From Gemmatimonadota bacterium (GTDB taxonomy: Bacteria; Gemmatimonadota; Gemmatimonadetes; Gemmatimonadales; Gemmatimonadaceae): DNA of 64,000 nt. A program made the position numbers and the translations under genes. Location: positions 441,026 through 505,025 of the forward strand of contig JAZJZK010000007.1 of NCBI GenBank assembly GCA_040389905.1, read 5' to 3'. Below the pieces are notes generated by a model. That model did not search any database and was not told where the DNA came from. It was given only the letters and a program-made list of their open reading frames with translations. The first letter of the stretch is position 1. Every line of letters begins with the position of its first letter. Shown here piece by piece: positions 1 through 8,903 of the stretch.

Positions 1-792
1 AATGCCGAGATGCTGGTAGTCGCCGACCGCCGTCGCGCCGTGCCGCTTGCTCAGCTTCTTACCGTCGAGACCGTGAATCATCGGCAAGTGAGCGAACTGC
101 GGGAGTTCTGCGCCGAGTGCTCGGTAGAGTAAAATCTGTTTCGGCGTGTTGGAGATGTGGTCATCACCGCGCATCACGAGCGTGATCGCCATCGCAATGT
201 CGTCACTGACGACCGCCATGTTGTAAATCGGCGTGCCGTCGGTACGGAGGATGATGAAATCCTCGATGTCCTTGTTCGGAAAGCTGATCGTCTCGTGCAC
301 GAGATCATCCCATTCCGTCGCGCCCTCGGGCACGCGGAAGCGCACGGTAAATGGCGAACCTGCCGCCAGATGCGCGTCGACCTCCGCCGCATCGAGCCGA
401 TCGCACCGCCGATCGTACTTGAAGCTGCCACCGGCCGCTTCCGCCGCGGCACGACGCTGCGCCAGATCCTCCTGCGTGCAGAAGCAGCGATACGCGGCAC
501 CGCTCGCGAGCAAGCGCTCGGCATCCGCCCGGTGTCGTTCCACGTTCGCGCCCTGGTAGACGACCGTCTCATCCCACGACAATCCGAGCCAGTTGAGGCC
601 ATCAAAGATCGCGCGCGTGCTTTCGTCGGTCGAGCGCGCCTTGTCCGTATCCTCCACGCGTAGCAGGAACTGGCCGCCGAACTTCTGCGCGTAGAGCCAG
701 TTAAAGAGCGCCGTGCGCGCACCGCCGACATGGAGGTATCCCGTTGGCGAGGGGGCGAAACGCAGGCGTGGTACTGACGGATTGGCGGCCAT
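1..792 (-). CDS. gltX: glutamate--tRNA ligase, N-terminal part (continues past window start)
   Basis: Manual translation MAANPSVPRLRFAPSPTGYLHVGGARTALFNWL...LLRVEDTD (HIGH-type motif) and GKKLSKRHG (KMSKS-type motif) near base 1. Absent from the ORF track because it has no stop codon in the window. Confidence 0.96.
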   Translation of the reverse strand, partial: MAANPSVPRLRFAPSPTGYLHVGGARTALFNWLYAQKFGGQFLLRVEDTDKARSTDESTRAIFDGLNWLGLSWDETVVYQGANVERHRADAERLLASGAAYRCFCTQEDLAQRRAAAEAAGGSFKYDRRCDRLDAAEVDAHLAAGSPFTVRFRVPEGATEWDDLVHETISFPNKDIEDFIILRTDGTPIYNMAVVSDDIAMAITLVMRGDDHISNTPKQILLYRALGAELPQFAHLPMIHGLDGKKLSKRHGATAVGDYQHLGI

Positions 793-852
793 GGGTGACT
801 GAGGTGCAGGCCCTGTGCTTCACTCGAGGGCGACAAAGATGGAGACAAATGA

Positions 853-885
853 CGAAAGCCCGCCGCGGGCGGCGGCGGGCTTTCG
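853..885 (-). terminator. intrinsic terminator-like hairpin downstream of tRNA-Ser(GCT)
   Basis: Perfect 14-bp inverted repeat CGAAAGCCCGCCGC...GCGGCGGGCTTTCG just 3' of the tRNA; TTTCGTCATTT on the minus strand. Confidence 0.75.
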
Positions 886-888
886 GAG

Positions 889-977
889 CGGAGAGAGAGG
901 GATTCGAACCCTCGGTAGAAGTTACCCCCTACGCCGGTTTAGCAAACCGGTGCCTTCAGCCTCTCGGCCATCTCTCC
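889..977 (-). tRNA. tRNA-Ser (anticodon GCT)
   Basis: Reverse complement GGAGAGATGGCCGAGAGGCTGAAGGCACCGGTTTGCTAAACCGGCGTAGGGGGTAACTTCTACCGAGGGTTCGAATCCCTCTCTCTCCG: cloverleaf, long variable arm, GTTCGAATC T-loop; CCA not encoded. Confidence 0.96.
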
Positions 978-1007
978 ATGAGGCAGCACGCATAGCGTGC
1001 TGCAGGG

Positions 1008-1037
1008 AATGTAACCGTTCGTTCCGCGTCGCTGCAA
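1008..1037 (-). promoter_or_regulatory. sigma70-like promoter for tRNA-Ser(GCT)
   Basis: TTGCAG-N18-TACATT on the minus strand, followed by a perfect 9-bp leader hairpin (983-1003) and then the tRNA. Confidence 0.45.
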
Positions 1038-1086
1038 CGGGCGAGACGTCGCCGTGACGTCGCGACAGGACGATAGTCGTTGCAGC

Positions 1087-4000
1087 ATGCTCATCTTTCT
1101 CTGTATCGCGTTCGTGCTCTCTGGCGCCGCAGGTCTGGTCTACGAGTCGATCTGGACTCGGTATCTGGGGCTCTTCGTCGGCCACAGCGCATACGCGCAG
1201 GTCCTCGTCCTGGTCATCTTCCTCGGCGGCATGTCGGCCGGGGCGTACCTTGTGGGCCGGCGCACTGAGCGCGTGGTGCGACCGCTCTTCTGGTACGCGA
1301 TGGTTGAACTCGCGGTCGGCGTCATCGGCCTGATGTTCCACGACGTGTTCCTGTGGGGCACGCAGATGGCGTACGATTCGCTGTTCCCCGCGCTCGGACC
1401 CGGCATCTCGCATTCGTTTGCGAAGTGGCTCATCGCCGCGCTGCTGATCCTCCCGCAATCCATCCTGCTTGGCGCGACGTTCCCGCTGATGACGGCGGGC
1501 GCTCTGCGTCGAAACGCGGAACGTTCGGGACGAACGATTTCTCTCCTGTATTTCGCGAACAGCCTCGGCGCCGCGGGGGGCGTGCTCGTCGCAGGCTTCG
1601 TGCTGATCGACCTCGCAGGCCTGCCGGGAACGCTCGCCGCCGCGGCAATCCTCAACCTCATTGTCGCGGGCGCGGTGTTCATGGTGTCGCGCCGCTTCGA
1701 GGCCAACGTGGTCGTGGACGGCGCCAACGACAACACCGGTGAGGTGCGGGTCCTTCGCTCCGCTCAGGACGACAAAGCACCCATGGTGCTGTCGGATCAC
1801 ATGGTGCAGCTGCTCCTCGCCGTCAGCTTCGGCACCGCCGTGTCGTCCTTCGTGTATGAGATCGGCTGGATTCGCATGTTGTCGCTCGTCCTCGGATCCG
1901 CAACGCATTCGTTCGAGCTCATGCTCTCGGCGTTCATCCTCGGGCTGGCCTGCGGCGCCCTCGCGATTCGAGCGAGGAACGACGGCGCGTCGTCGTCGGT
2001 GCGGACACTGGGGTACGTGCAGCTTGCCATGGGAGCGCTCGCGGTCGTGACGCTGCCCGTGTACGTCCACTCGTTCACGTGGATGGCAGACTTCATGGCG
2101 GCCTTCACGCGCGCGCCGGCCGGCTACAAGATGTTCAGCCTCTCGCGCTACTTCATCTGCCTCGTGGTCATGATACCGGCGACCTTCTGTGCGGGCATGA
2201 CGTTGCCGCTCATCACGCGGCTCCTCTTGCGTGGTGGCCGCGGCGAGCGCGCGATTGGAGAAGTGTATGCCGTCAATACCCTCGGTTCGATCGTCGGGGT
2301 GACGCTCGCGGCCCTGGTCCTGCTCCCGCTGCTCGGACTCAAGTGGTTGCTCATCGCCGGCGCGTCGATCGACGTCGCGCTGGGTGTCATCCTGATCGCG
2401 TCTGAAATCGGTACCGGTGCGCTCTGGCCTGCGCGGCGGCAGTGGGCACCGGCACTCAGCGTGGTCGCACTGTTTTTTCTCGTCGGAGCCACGACGGACT
2501 TCGATCGCGGCGTGCTCACGAGCGGCGTCTTCCGCTACGGCACCGCGCGCGCACCACGAACACCGGATATGGCATTCTACGCTGACGGGCGTACCGCGAC
2601 GGTCAGTGTGCGGCGCATCAGCTCGAGTCATGGCCTCTCCCTCTCCACCAATGGCAAGCCCGACGCATCGCTTGGACCGGAATGGTTTCGTCCGCCGGGT
2701 GAGCGCACCGTGTTCACGCACGATGCGTCGACGCAGGTGTTGCTGCCGTTGATCCTGCTCGCGCACGCTCCGCATGCACGCGTTGCCGCGGTCGTGGGGC
2801 AGGGATCAGGCATGTCATCGCACACGTTGCTTCAGGACCGGGACCTGACACGCGTGGTCACCATCGAGATCGAGCCTGAAATGATTCGGGCATCGAGGCA
2901 ATTCTATCCAGCGAATGCGAGCGTGTTCGACGATCCCCGCTCGACATTCGCCATCGAGGATGCGCGCTCCTATTTCGCGTCGCGCAACGAGCGCTTCGAC
3001 CTCATTCTTTCTGAGCCATCGACACCGTGGGTTGCCGGTGTGTCGGGGTTGTTCACGACAGAATACTACGCGCACGTCCGCAGGTTCCTGATGCCGGCGG
3101 GTGTGTTCGGTCAATGGCTCCATCTGTCGGAGATCAACGATGGCCTCGTGTTGAGCGTGATCCGCGCACTGGCCGAAAACTTCCCTTCGTATGTCGTGTA
3201 TGCGGTGGGGAATCGTGACATCCTCATCGTCGCCACCAATCAACGAACGCTGTCGGCACCAGACTGGTCGGTGTTCCAGCGCGAAGCCATCGCGAGAGAG
3301 CTGAGCCGGATTTTGCCGCTTTCTTTGCCCATTCTCGACGCGCTGCGCATGGTCAGCGGCGCAGCCCTCGCACCGCTCACCGGTGGCGGCGGTGGAAACT
3401 CCGACTTCATCCCGACGCTCGATCTCGGGGCTGAAAAGAGTCGCTTTCTGAATGAAGGCGCTGTGGGATTCGTCGGACTCGCAAGCGATCGCTTTGCGCT
3501 GGCGCCAATCCTCGAGGAGCGAAGAACGTCTGCGCTCGGCGAGACATACACGCCGATTCAGTATGTGCCACGGCTCGAGGCCATGGAGCAGTCTGCTCGC
3601 TGGCGGACGGGAAAGTTCGCCGGCGCGTCGCAGCAAATGCTTGCCGCATTCGAGCGCGCACGGTCCGTCGATCGGCTGATCGCCGCCAATGCGCCACCCG
3701 TTGACTGGCACGTGCTGGTCGGCGCCGTGGAGGAAGCCGAGGAAGTGCGGAGCGGCGGGACCTCAGGTGTCGTGGACAGTGCGTTTTTCGCAGGAGTCTT
3801 TCGGTATCTCGATGCGCAGCACGCGCCCCGAGAGGCGCATGCGGCAATCGAATTCATTCATGGGTTGTCCGCATGGGACTTTACGCAGGTGTCACAGGCG
3901 GCCGACGTTCTCATGGCTGCGGCAGAACGAAGTGACCTCTGGATGCCCGCAGACCTGCTGCGGGAGGGCACGACCGTCGCGCGCATCAAGCTCGGCGACA

Positions 4001-4131
4001 TGCGGGGCGCTCGCTCCGCCTTCAATGCGCTGGCGGCTCGCAGCACGCGCGATGCGAACGATGCCCGCCCGCAACTGTTGAACGCGTGGCTGAAGGCGGA
4101 CGAAGCGCGCGTGGTGCGCGCGAGCAAATAG
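1087..4131 (+). CDS. fused MFS-like membrane domain / spermidine synthase-like (aminopropyltransferase/SAM-dependent) protein
   Basis: About 13 hydrophobic segments with duplicated YE(S/I)xW and ANSLG/VNTLG motifs, then NGKPDAS, VGQGSGMS, IEIEPEM, EDARSY, FDLILSEPS. Start placed at ATG 1087. Confidence 0.85.
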   Translation: MLIFLCIAFVLSGAAGLVYESIWTRYLGLFVGHSAYAQVLVLVIFLGGMSAGAYLVGRRTERVVRPLFWYAMVELAVGVIGLMFHDVFLWGTQMAYDSLFPALGPGISHSFAKWLIAALLILPQSILLGATFPLMTAGALRRNAERSGRTISLLYFANSLGAAGGVLVAGFVLIDLAGLPGTLAAAAILNLIVAGAVFMVSRRFEANVVVDGANDNTGEVRVLRSAQDDKAPMVLSDHMVQLLLAVSFGTAVSSFVYEIGWIRMLSLVLGSATHSFELMLSAFILGLACGALAIRARNDGASSSVRTLGYVQLAMGALAVVTLPVYVHSFTWMADFMAAFTRAPAGYKMFSLSRYFICLVVMIPATFCAGMTLPLITRLLLRGGRGERAIGEVYAVNTLGSIVGVTLAALVLLPLLGLKWLLIAGASIDVALGVILIASEIGTGALWPARRQWAPALSVVALFFLVGATTDFDRGVLTSGVFRYGTARAPRTPDMAFYADGRTATVSVRRISSSHGLSLSTNGKPDASLGPEWFRPPGERTVFTHDASTQVLLPLILLAHAPHARVAAVVGQGSGMSSHTLLQDRDLTRVVTIEIEPEMIRASRQFYPANASVFDDPRSTFAIEDARSYFASRNERFDLILSEPSTPWVAGVSGLFTTEYYAHVRRFLMPAGVFGQWLHLSEINDGLVLSVIRALAENFPSYVVYAVGNRDILIVATNQRTLSAPDWSVFQREAIARELSRILPLSLPILDALRMVSGAALAPLTGGGGGNSDFIPTLDLGAEKSRFLNEGAVGFVGLASDRFALAPILEERRTSALGETYTPIQYVPRLEAMEQSARWRTGKFAGASQQMLAAFERARSVDRLIAANAPPVDWHVLVGAVEEAEEVRSGGTSGVVDSAFFAGVFRYLDAQHAPREAHAAIEFIHGLSAWDFTQVSQAADVLMAAAERSDLWMPADLLREGTTVARIKLGDMRGARSAFNALAARSTRDANDARPQLLNAWLKADEARVVRASK
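1742..1776. repeat. REP-like (family D) half-element lying in-frame inside the CDS
   Basis: AGGTGCGGGTCCTTCGCTCCGCTCAGGACGACAAA closely matches intergenic AGGTGCGGGCCCTTCGCTAATGCTCCGGACGACAAA at about 39769-39804 and the reverse complement of 14645-14677. Confidence 0.7.
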
Positions 4132-4137
4132 GGTTCG

Positions 4138-4680
4138 CTATTTCGGCAGCTTATCGAGCATCGCCTGCGCCATGGCCATGTGGGCCTGGAATGCGGGCGC
4201 GACCTTCGTGACGAGATCCTTGACCTCCTGATTCTTGAGCGCGGGAAGCAAGGTCGTCGTCACCGCGTCGATGACGGCCTTGTGATAGGCCACTTCGTGC
4301 GCGAGGAACACGCGATCGAACGCTGCGCCTTTTGTGGCCTTGAGCTTGGCGAGCGCCGCAATGTGGTCCTTCGCCATCGCGAAATCTTTTGGCGGCGTGG
4401 GCGTTACACCGAGCTTCTTGGCCAGGTCGCGTCCTTGTTGGCGGACCGCCTTGTGGTCGCGCACCAGCTGGGTCGCGAAGTCGCGAACCTCCTTCGAGGT
4501 ACCCTTCGTCACGGCGAGCTGGCCGGTCTCGATATCCCAGGTGTTTGCCGCGTCGAAGATCGCGACGATGGTCGGATCGTCGAGCTTTGGTGCCGCTTGG
4601 GACTGTGCCTGCTTCGCGAGAAGCGCAGAGGACAGGGTCAGGATCATCGCGGTCGTGATGCGTGCGTGGCGCAGTGACAT
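4138..4680 (-). CDS. DUF4142-type secreted ferritin-like protein
   Basis: Signal peptide, then AIFDAANTWDIETGQLA, EVRDFATQLVRDH, AFDRVFLAHEVAYH, FQAHMAMA. Confidence 0.85.
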   Translation of the reverse strand: MSLRHARITTAMILTLSSALLAKQAQSQAAPKLDDPTIVAIFDAANTWDIETGQLAVTKGTSKEVRDFATQLVRDHKAVRQQGRDLAKKLGVTPTPPKDFAMAKDHIAALAKLKATKGAAFDRVFLAHEVAYHKAVIDAVTTTLLPALKNQEVKDLVTKVAPAFQAHMAMAQAMLDKLPK

Positions 4681-4752
4681 GGGCGCAGAATCCTCTCGAA
4701 AGTGAATGCCGTCGGCGTGATTCGCGGAAATGCGATCGTCGCGGACGAGCGG

Positions 4753-4802
4753 AGGATGCACGGTCGCCAATAATTTGTCAAGTAATTACTGGTGTTATTA
4801 TT
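4753..4802. promoter_or_regulatory. AT-rich divergent promoter/operator region
   Basis: TTGACA on the minus strand (4776-4781), 17 nt from CATCCT; AATAAT...GTAATTAC...TTATTATT dyad elements between the divergent genes. Confidence 0.45.
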
Positions 4803-4840
4803 CGACGACGTATATTTGGCCGTTCACAGCGGAGGGCGCC

Positions 4841-5476
4841 ATGCGCTGGTGGGAAAAGCAGATCGGGGGAAAAACCCGCGGGCGGATCATCGCGCTGCTC
4901 CGCCGCGCGGAGCGCACGGTCGAAGAGATCGCCGCCGACCTGGGCGTGACGGACAATGCCGTGCGCGGCCAGCTTCAGTTGCTCGAGCGTGAAGGCCTGG
5001 TGTCGACGAATGGGACGCGCCCACATGCAGTTGGCGCCGGCAAGCCGTCGCTCGTCTATCGCGTAGCGCCAGGTTCCGACGCGGCGCTGTCGACAGCCTA
5101 CGCTCCGGTGTTGATCGCACTGCTCAGCACGCTGGGCGAACGTCTGACCCCTGGCGAACTCGAACGTGTGCTACGAGAGGCGGGCCAGCGACTCGCGGGC
5201 GGGGGGCCGGTTTCGAAGTCGCTCGAGGAGCGAGTTCACGCGGCCGCTCAGTTACTCACGTCGCTGGGGGCGGAACTGGATGTCGAGCAGACGGAGACTG
5301 GATACCGGCTGCGCGGGTACGCCTGTCCGCTCGCCGCAGCGGTGGAGCGGCAGCCTCTGTCGTGTGTCGCCATCCAGGAACTCGTCGCCTCGCTGACGCA
5401 GGCTGACGTGCGCGAATGCTGTGATCGCAGCAACGGGGCGCGGTGTCGCTTCGAGATCGCCGCGCGATCGGCGTAA
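4841..5476 (+). CDS. ArsR/SufR-like wHTH transcriptional regulator with Cys-rich C-terminus
   Basis: TRGRIIALLR...TVEEIAADLGVTDNAVRGQLQLLEREGLV...GKP; C-x12-C-x17-CC-x7-C. Confidence 0.85.
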   Translation: MRWWEKQIGGKTRGRIIALLRRAERTVEEIAADLGVTDNAVRGQLQLLEREGLVSTNGTRPHAVGAGKPSLVYRVAPGSDAALSTAYAPVLIALLSTLGERLTPGELERVLREAGQRLAGGGPVSKSLEERVHAAAQLLTSLGAELDVEQTETGYRLRGYACPLAAAVERQPLSCVAIQELVASLTQADVRECCDRSNGARCRFEIAARSA

Positions 5477-5479
5477 GTA

Positions 5480-5566
5480 CGGGCAGGGTGGGATTCGAAC
5501 CCACGATACCCTTGCGGGTACGCCGGTTTTCAAGACCGGTTCCTTCAACCACTCAGACACCTGCCC
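5480..5566 (-). tRNA. tRNA-Ser (anticodon TGA)
   Basis: Reverse complement GGGCAGGTGTCTGAGTGGTTGAAGGAACCGGTCTTGAAAACCGGCGTACCCGCAAGGGTATCGTGGGTTCGAATCCCACCCTGCCCG; long variable arm; no encoded CCA. Confidence 0.96.
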
Positions 5567-5672
5567 CAGGGACGCCTTCGCGCCCATCAGACGAAAAATC
5601 ACCAGTCGCGTTCTTTCGCGCCAGTGAGCGGCGAGGCGGTCAAGCATCTGACACGCAACTCAGCCGAGGTGG

Positions 5673-5799
5673 GCACCGGCACATTGAACGCGGATCGAGC
5701 GGATATAGGGCGGATCACATCTGAGGAACAACCTCAACACAGCTTGAATCAGATTTGATCAGTTTCCATTCGCTCAATCCGCGTTCAATGTGCCGGTGC
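5673..5799. repeat. MITE/REP-like palindromic element, family A copy 1
   Basis: About 32-bp terminal inverted repeats GCACCGGCACATTGAACGCGGATCGAGCGGAT / ATTCGCTCAATCCGCGTTCAATGTGCCGGTGC around an AT-richer core. Confidence 0.85.
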
Positions 5800-5836
5800 G
5801 AAGCCACCTAACGTAGAAGGCCACGACGAGGCGGAG

Positions 5837-6757
5837 TCACGCCGTGCTTGGTGCCGCTTTCTCCCTGGTCGCTGCGAGGAGCAGCGTCAGTGCCGTATAG
5901 AGCACCACGACGAGCACGAGCCACATCAGATACTTGAGCGGCATCGACTTCACGATGAACGCCGCGATGAGGACTGCCGGAAGGCCGCCGATCGCGAGCC
6001 CCAGCACCGCCTTCGCGTTGAATGCCTTCTCCTTGATGAAGCGCGCGCTCGCGACGGGCATCAGGAAGGCGCACGACCCCATCATGATCGGGAACGCGGC
6101 CTTGGGATCCATTCCGAGCAGGTAAATGAGCACCATGCAGGGCCCGTAGAGACCGATGCCAAGCGGCATCAGTGCGCCGAGGACAAAGTTGCCGGCCAAC
6201 CCGATGGCGAGCCGACTGCCTTCGAGCTTGAGGAGTGTACCTCCCTTCGGTCCGATCCCGAGCTGCCCCATCAACAGAATGGCCGAGAAGATGAGTAGCG
6301 CGAGACCCATGCTGATCTGGATGTTGCGGCGCGGCCACCCCACCGCCACGCCGGCGCCGATCCACGACCCGATGACGGCGGCGCCGATCATGAGAATGAG
6401 CGTCATCGAGTCCACCGGCACGAGCCGCGTGAAGATGTACGCCTGCGCGATCGTGGGGATGGTATGACCGATGTTGAGCGTCGCGGGAATGTGCTCATCG
6501 ATCACCATCCGCCATTGGCGGAAAATCGCGGTGGTGGTCGCGAACGAGCCAATGCCGAGCGTGTCGAAGAAGTTCGTGACGAAACCCGTGATGAGGCCCG
6601 GTGCGTCCGGACGCACGGCAGATCCCTGGTCCGCGCGCGCGACCTTGATGCCGCGGGTGAGGACCACGAGATAGAACACGCCGATCACGGCGAGGGCGAC
6701 GAAGAGAGCGGTCTTGAGGTCGAGGGCGCTGGCAGGCGCGTTCGATTGCAGAAGCAT
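5837..6757 (-). CDS. sulfite exporter TauE/SafE-family membrane protein
   Basis: Multi-TM; GFVTNFFDTLGIGSFATTT, LGIGLYGP, AFPIMMGSCAFLMP. Confidence 0.8.
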   Translation of the reverse strand: MLLQSNAPASALDLKTALFVALAVIGVFYLVVLTRGIKVARADQGSAVRPDAPGLITGFVTNFFDTLGIGSFATTTAIFRQWRMVIDEHIPATLNIGHTIPTIAQAYIFTRLVPVDSMTLILMIGAAVIGSWIGAGVAVGWPRRNIQISMGLALLIFSAILLMGQLGIGPKGGTLLKLEGSRLAIGLAGNFVLGALMPLGIGLYGPCMVLIYLLGMDPKAAFPIMMGSCAFLMPVASARFIKEKAFNAKAVLGLAIGGLPAVLIAAFIVKSMPLKYLMWLVLVVVLYTALTLLLAATREKAAPSTA

Positions 6758-6901
6758 GAATCCGCGGGCAGGGGGAAGTGCGGCGCGGGGCCGCGTGACG
6801 AGCCGGAAGGGTGGGAGTTCTCCTTACTGGATACTGCGCGCAGCGCCACTCGGCAATGGGTCAACGTTGCGGGCCAGCCCAACGTACGGGCAACGGATGT
6901 T

Positions 6902-6914
6902 GGATACCATATCC
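6902..6914. promoter_or_regulatory. candidate GntR operator palindrome
   Basis: GGATA-CCA-TATCC dyad upstream of the GntR gene. Confidence 0.4.
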
Positions 6915-6974
6915 GAATCACTGTTCTTCCCTCGAACCGCGCGTAGCTTTGTACCACATTCTTTCGAGACGCAA

Positions 6975-7751
6975 ATGACGGGACGACGCACCCTGAACGG
7001 AAAGACCGCCATCGTCAAGGACGCGATCATGCGGCCTGCGGTGGGCCGCGTTGCCGTGTTTCCCATCAAGCGCGAAACATTGACCGGCATGACCGCGGAC
7101 GCGTTGCGCGAGCGGATCCTGCGGGGCGACTACCCCGAGGGCGAGCCGCTGCGTCAGGACGCCATCGCCGATGAATTCGGCGTGAGCAGGATCCCCGTGC
7201 GGGAGGCGCTCCGTCAGCTCGAAGCCGAAGGGCTCGTCACCTTCAATCCCCATCGCGGTGCCGTCGTCTCGACGCTCTCGATTCAGGAGATTATCGAACT
7301 CTTCGAGGTACGCGCCGAGCTCGAGAGCGATCTCATTCGGCGCGCGATCCCCAACATGACCTCGCAGGACGACTCGCGTGCACGTGAGATCCTCGCCGCG
7401 TACGACGCCGCCATCCGGAACGGCGAGGTGATGTCGTGGGGTGAGCTCAACTGGCAATTCCACGCCGTCCTGTATGCCCCGTCGAACCGGCTGTTCACCC
7501 TGGGCATCGTGAACAAGCTGCACCAACAGAGCGACCGCTACATGCGCATGCTCCTCGCGCTGGCACATGTCGAGCAGCGCGCGAAGCAGGAGCACCGCGA
7601 CATTGCCGTGGCGGCCCGTGCGAGAGACGTCAAGCGCGCATCCCGCCTGATGCGCGAGCACATACTCAGCGCCGGCCGAATTCTCGTCGCGTTTCTCGAG
7701 GAGCACCGTTCCGCCAGGGCGAAAAAAACAAGGCGCCGAGCCGCACCCTGA
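6975..7751 (+). CDS. GntR-family (FadR/FCD) transcriptional regulator; start uncertain (6975/7029)
   Basis: LRERILRGDYPEGEPLRQDAIADEFGVSRIPVREALRQLEAEGLV; FCD NWQFH...EHRDI...MREHI. Confidence 0.92.
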   Translation: MTGRRTLNGKTAIVKDAIMRPAVGRVAVFPIKRETLTGMTADALRERILRGDYPEGEPLRQDAIADEFGVSRIPVREALRQLEAEGLVTFNPHRGAVVSTLSIQEIIELFEVRAELESDLIRRAIPNMTSQDDSRAREILAAYDAAIRNGEVMSWGELNWQFHAVLYAPSNRLFTLGIVNKLHQQSDRYMRMLLALAHVEQRAKQEHRDIAVAARARDVKRASRLMREHILSAGRILVAFLEEHRSARAKKTRRRAAP

Positions 7752-7813
7752 CGTTCGCGGCCGCACACGAGTCGATTCATTGGAACCCCGACAAACACGA
7801 GGACGAAACACGA

Positions 7814-8710
7814 ATGGATAAGCGCGACTGGGCCGGAGTATTCGCTGCGATCACCACGCCGTTTCACGACGACCTGTCCGTCGATCACGCTGCGTTGGCG
7901 GAACATGTCACATGGCTCATCGAGAACGGCTGCATTGGCATCGTGGCACTCGGGTCACTGGGCGAGTCGCAGACACTGTCGTCGGACGAAAAGATCCAGA
8001 TTCTCGAGACGATTCGCGCAACGCTGCCCGCGACGGTTCCGGTCATCGCCGGCATCGCTGGCCTGAGCACCGCCGATTGCGTTTCGCTCGCGCGCCGGTC
8101 GGCGGACGCCGGCTGCGATGGGCTCATGGTCCTTCCCGCCTATGTGTACAAGGGAGATTGGCGCGAGACCAAGGCGCATTACAGCGCCGTCATTGGCGCG
8201 ACCGGTTTGTCGTGCATGCTGTACAACAACCCGATTGCCTATGGCGTCGACGTCGTGCCGGATCAGCTGGCGGAGCTCGCCGAGCTACACGCGAATCTTC
8301 ATGCGGTAAAGGAATCCAGCGGAGAAGTGCGCCGCGTCACCCACGTCCGCGCGCGACTGGGCGACCGCCTGGCGATCTTCGCCGGCATGGACGACATGAT
8401 TCTCGAAAGTATTCCGATGGGGGCCGTCGGCTGGATCGCCGGACTCGTGAACGCGTTTCCAGAAGAATCGGTTCGCCTGTTCAATCTCGGTCGCGACGGC
8501 AAGATGGATGAGGCGCGTGCGCTCTACGAGTGGTTCCTTCCGCTCCTGCGACTCGATACGGTGCCAAAATTCGTCCAGCTGATCAAGCTCGTGCAGGCGG
8601 AAGTCGGGCATGGTAGCGCGACCGTTCGGCCGCCGCGGCTGGAGTTGGCTGGTGCCGAGCTCGAAGAAACGCTGGCGCTGATTCGGGAGCATCTGGCCGT
8701 GGCCCGCTAA
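7814..8710 (+). CDS. dihydrodipicolinate-synthase-family protein, resembling 1-pyrroline-4-hydroxy-2-carboxylate deaminase
   Basis: AITTPF, GSLGE (instead of DapA GTTGE), MLYNNP, Schiff-base KESS, WIAGLVNAFP. Confidence 0.85.
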   Translation: MDKRDWAGVFAAITTPFHDDLSVDHAALAEHVTWLIENGCIGIVALGSLGESQTLSSDEKIQILETIRATLPATVPVIAGIAGLSTADCVSLARRSADAGCDGLMVLPAYVYKGDWRETKAHYSAVIGATGLSCMLYNNPIAYGVDVVPDQLAELAELHANLHAVKESSGEVRRVTHVRARLGDRLAIFAGMDDMILESIPMGAVGWIAGLVNAFPEESVRLFNLGRDGKMDEARALYEWFLPLLRLDTVPKFVQLIKLVQAEVGHGSATVRPPRLELAGAELEETLALIREHLAVAR

Positions 8711-8740
8711 TTCGCGAATGAAAGCGTCTACAGTTTGAGG

Positions 8741-8808
8741 AACGGATACGAACGGATGCAACGAAAAGGGCCGGATCAGGCGCTTCCCGTTGCATCCGTT
8801 GTTTCGGT
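8741..8808. repeat. CGGAT-type palindromic repeat (family B-like)
   Basis: AACGGATACGAACGGATGCAACG ... CGTTGCATCCGTT inverted arms. Confidence 0.55.
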
Positions 8809-8832
8809 TTGGTAGCCCATGGCGCTGCAGCA

Positions 8833-8875
8833 TTGACAGCCGCAGTAGCGTGTAATTAACTATTACATAGTTAAT
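8833..8875 (+). promoter_or_regulatory. promoter with perfect operator palindrome (BlaI/MecI-type candidate)
   Basis: TTGACA at 8833-8838; perfect dyad ATTAACTAT-TAC-ATAGTTAAT at 8855-8875, overlapping TGTAAT-N5-ATTACA. Confidence 0.7.
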
Positions 8876-8903
8876 AGATGGCAACCCTTCTGGGGACCGC
8901 CTG

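Noticed and set aside
922..2775. 617-aa minus-strand ORF, and similar long ORFs at 21768-23582, 27256-29040, 37661-39268 and 12954-14291
   Set aside because: Antisense shadows of well-supported genes in high-GC DNA; no motifs, and Arg-rich composition.
5480..5566. tRNA-Sec, suggested by selA nearby
   Set aside because: The anticodon is TGA (reads UCA, Ser), not TCA, and the acceptor stem is a standard 7 bp.
889..5566. Integrative island or prophage between the tRNA-Ser genes
   Set aside because: No integrase, no duplicated tRNA 3' end and no obvious compositional shift.
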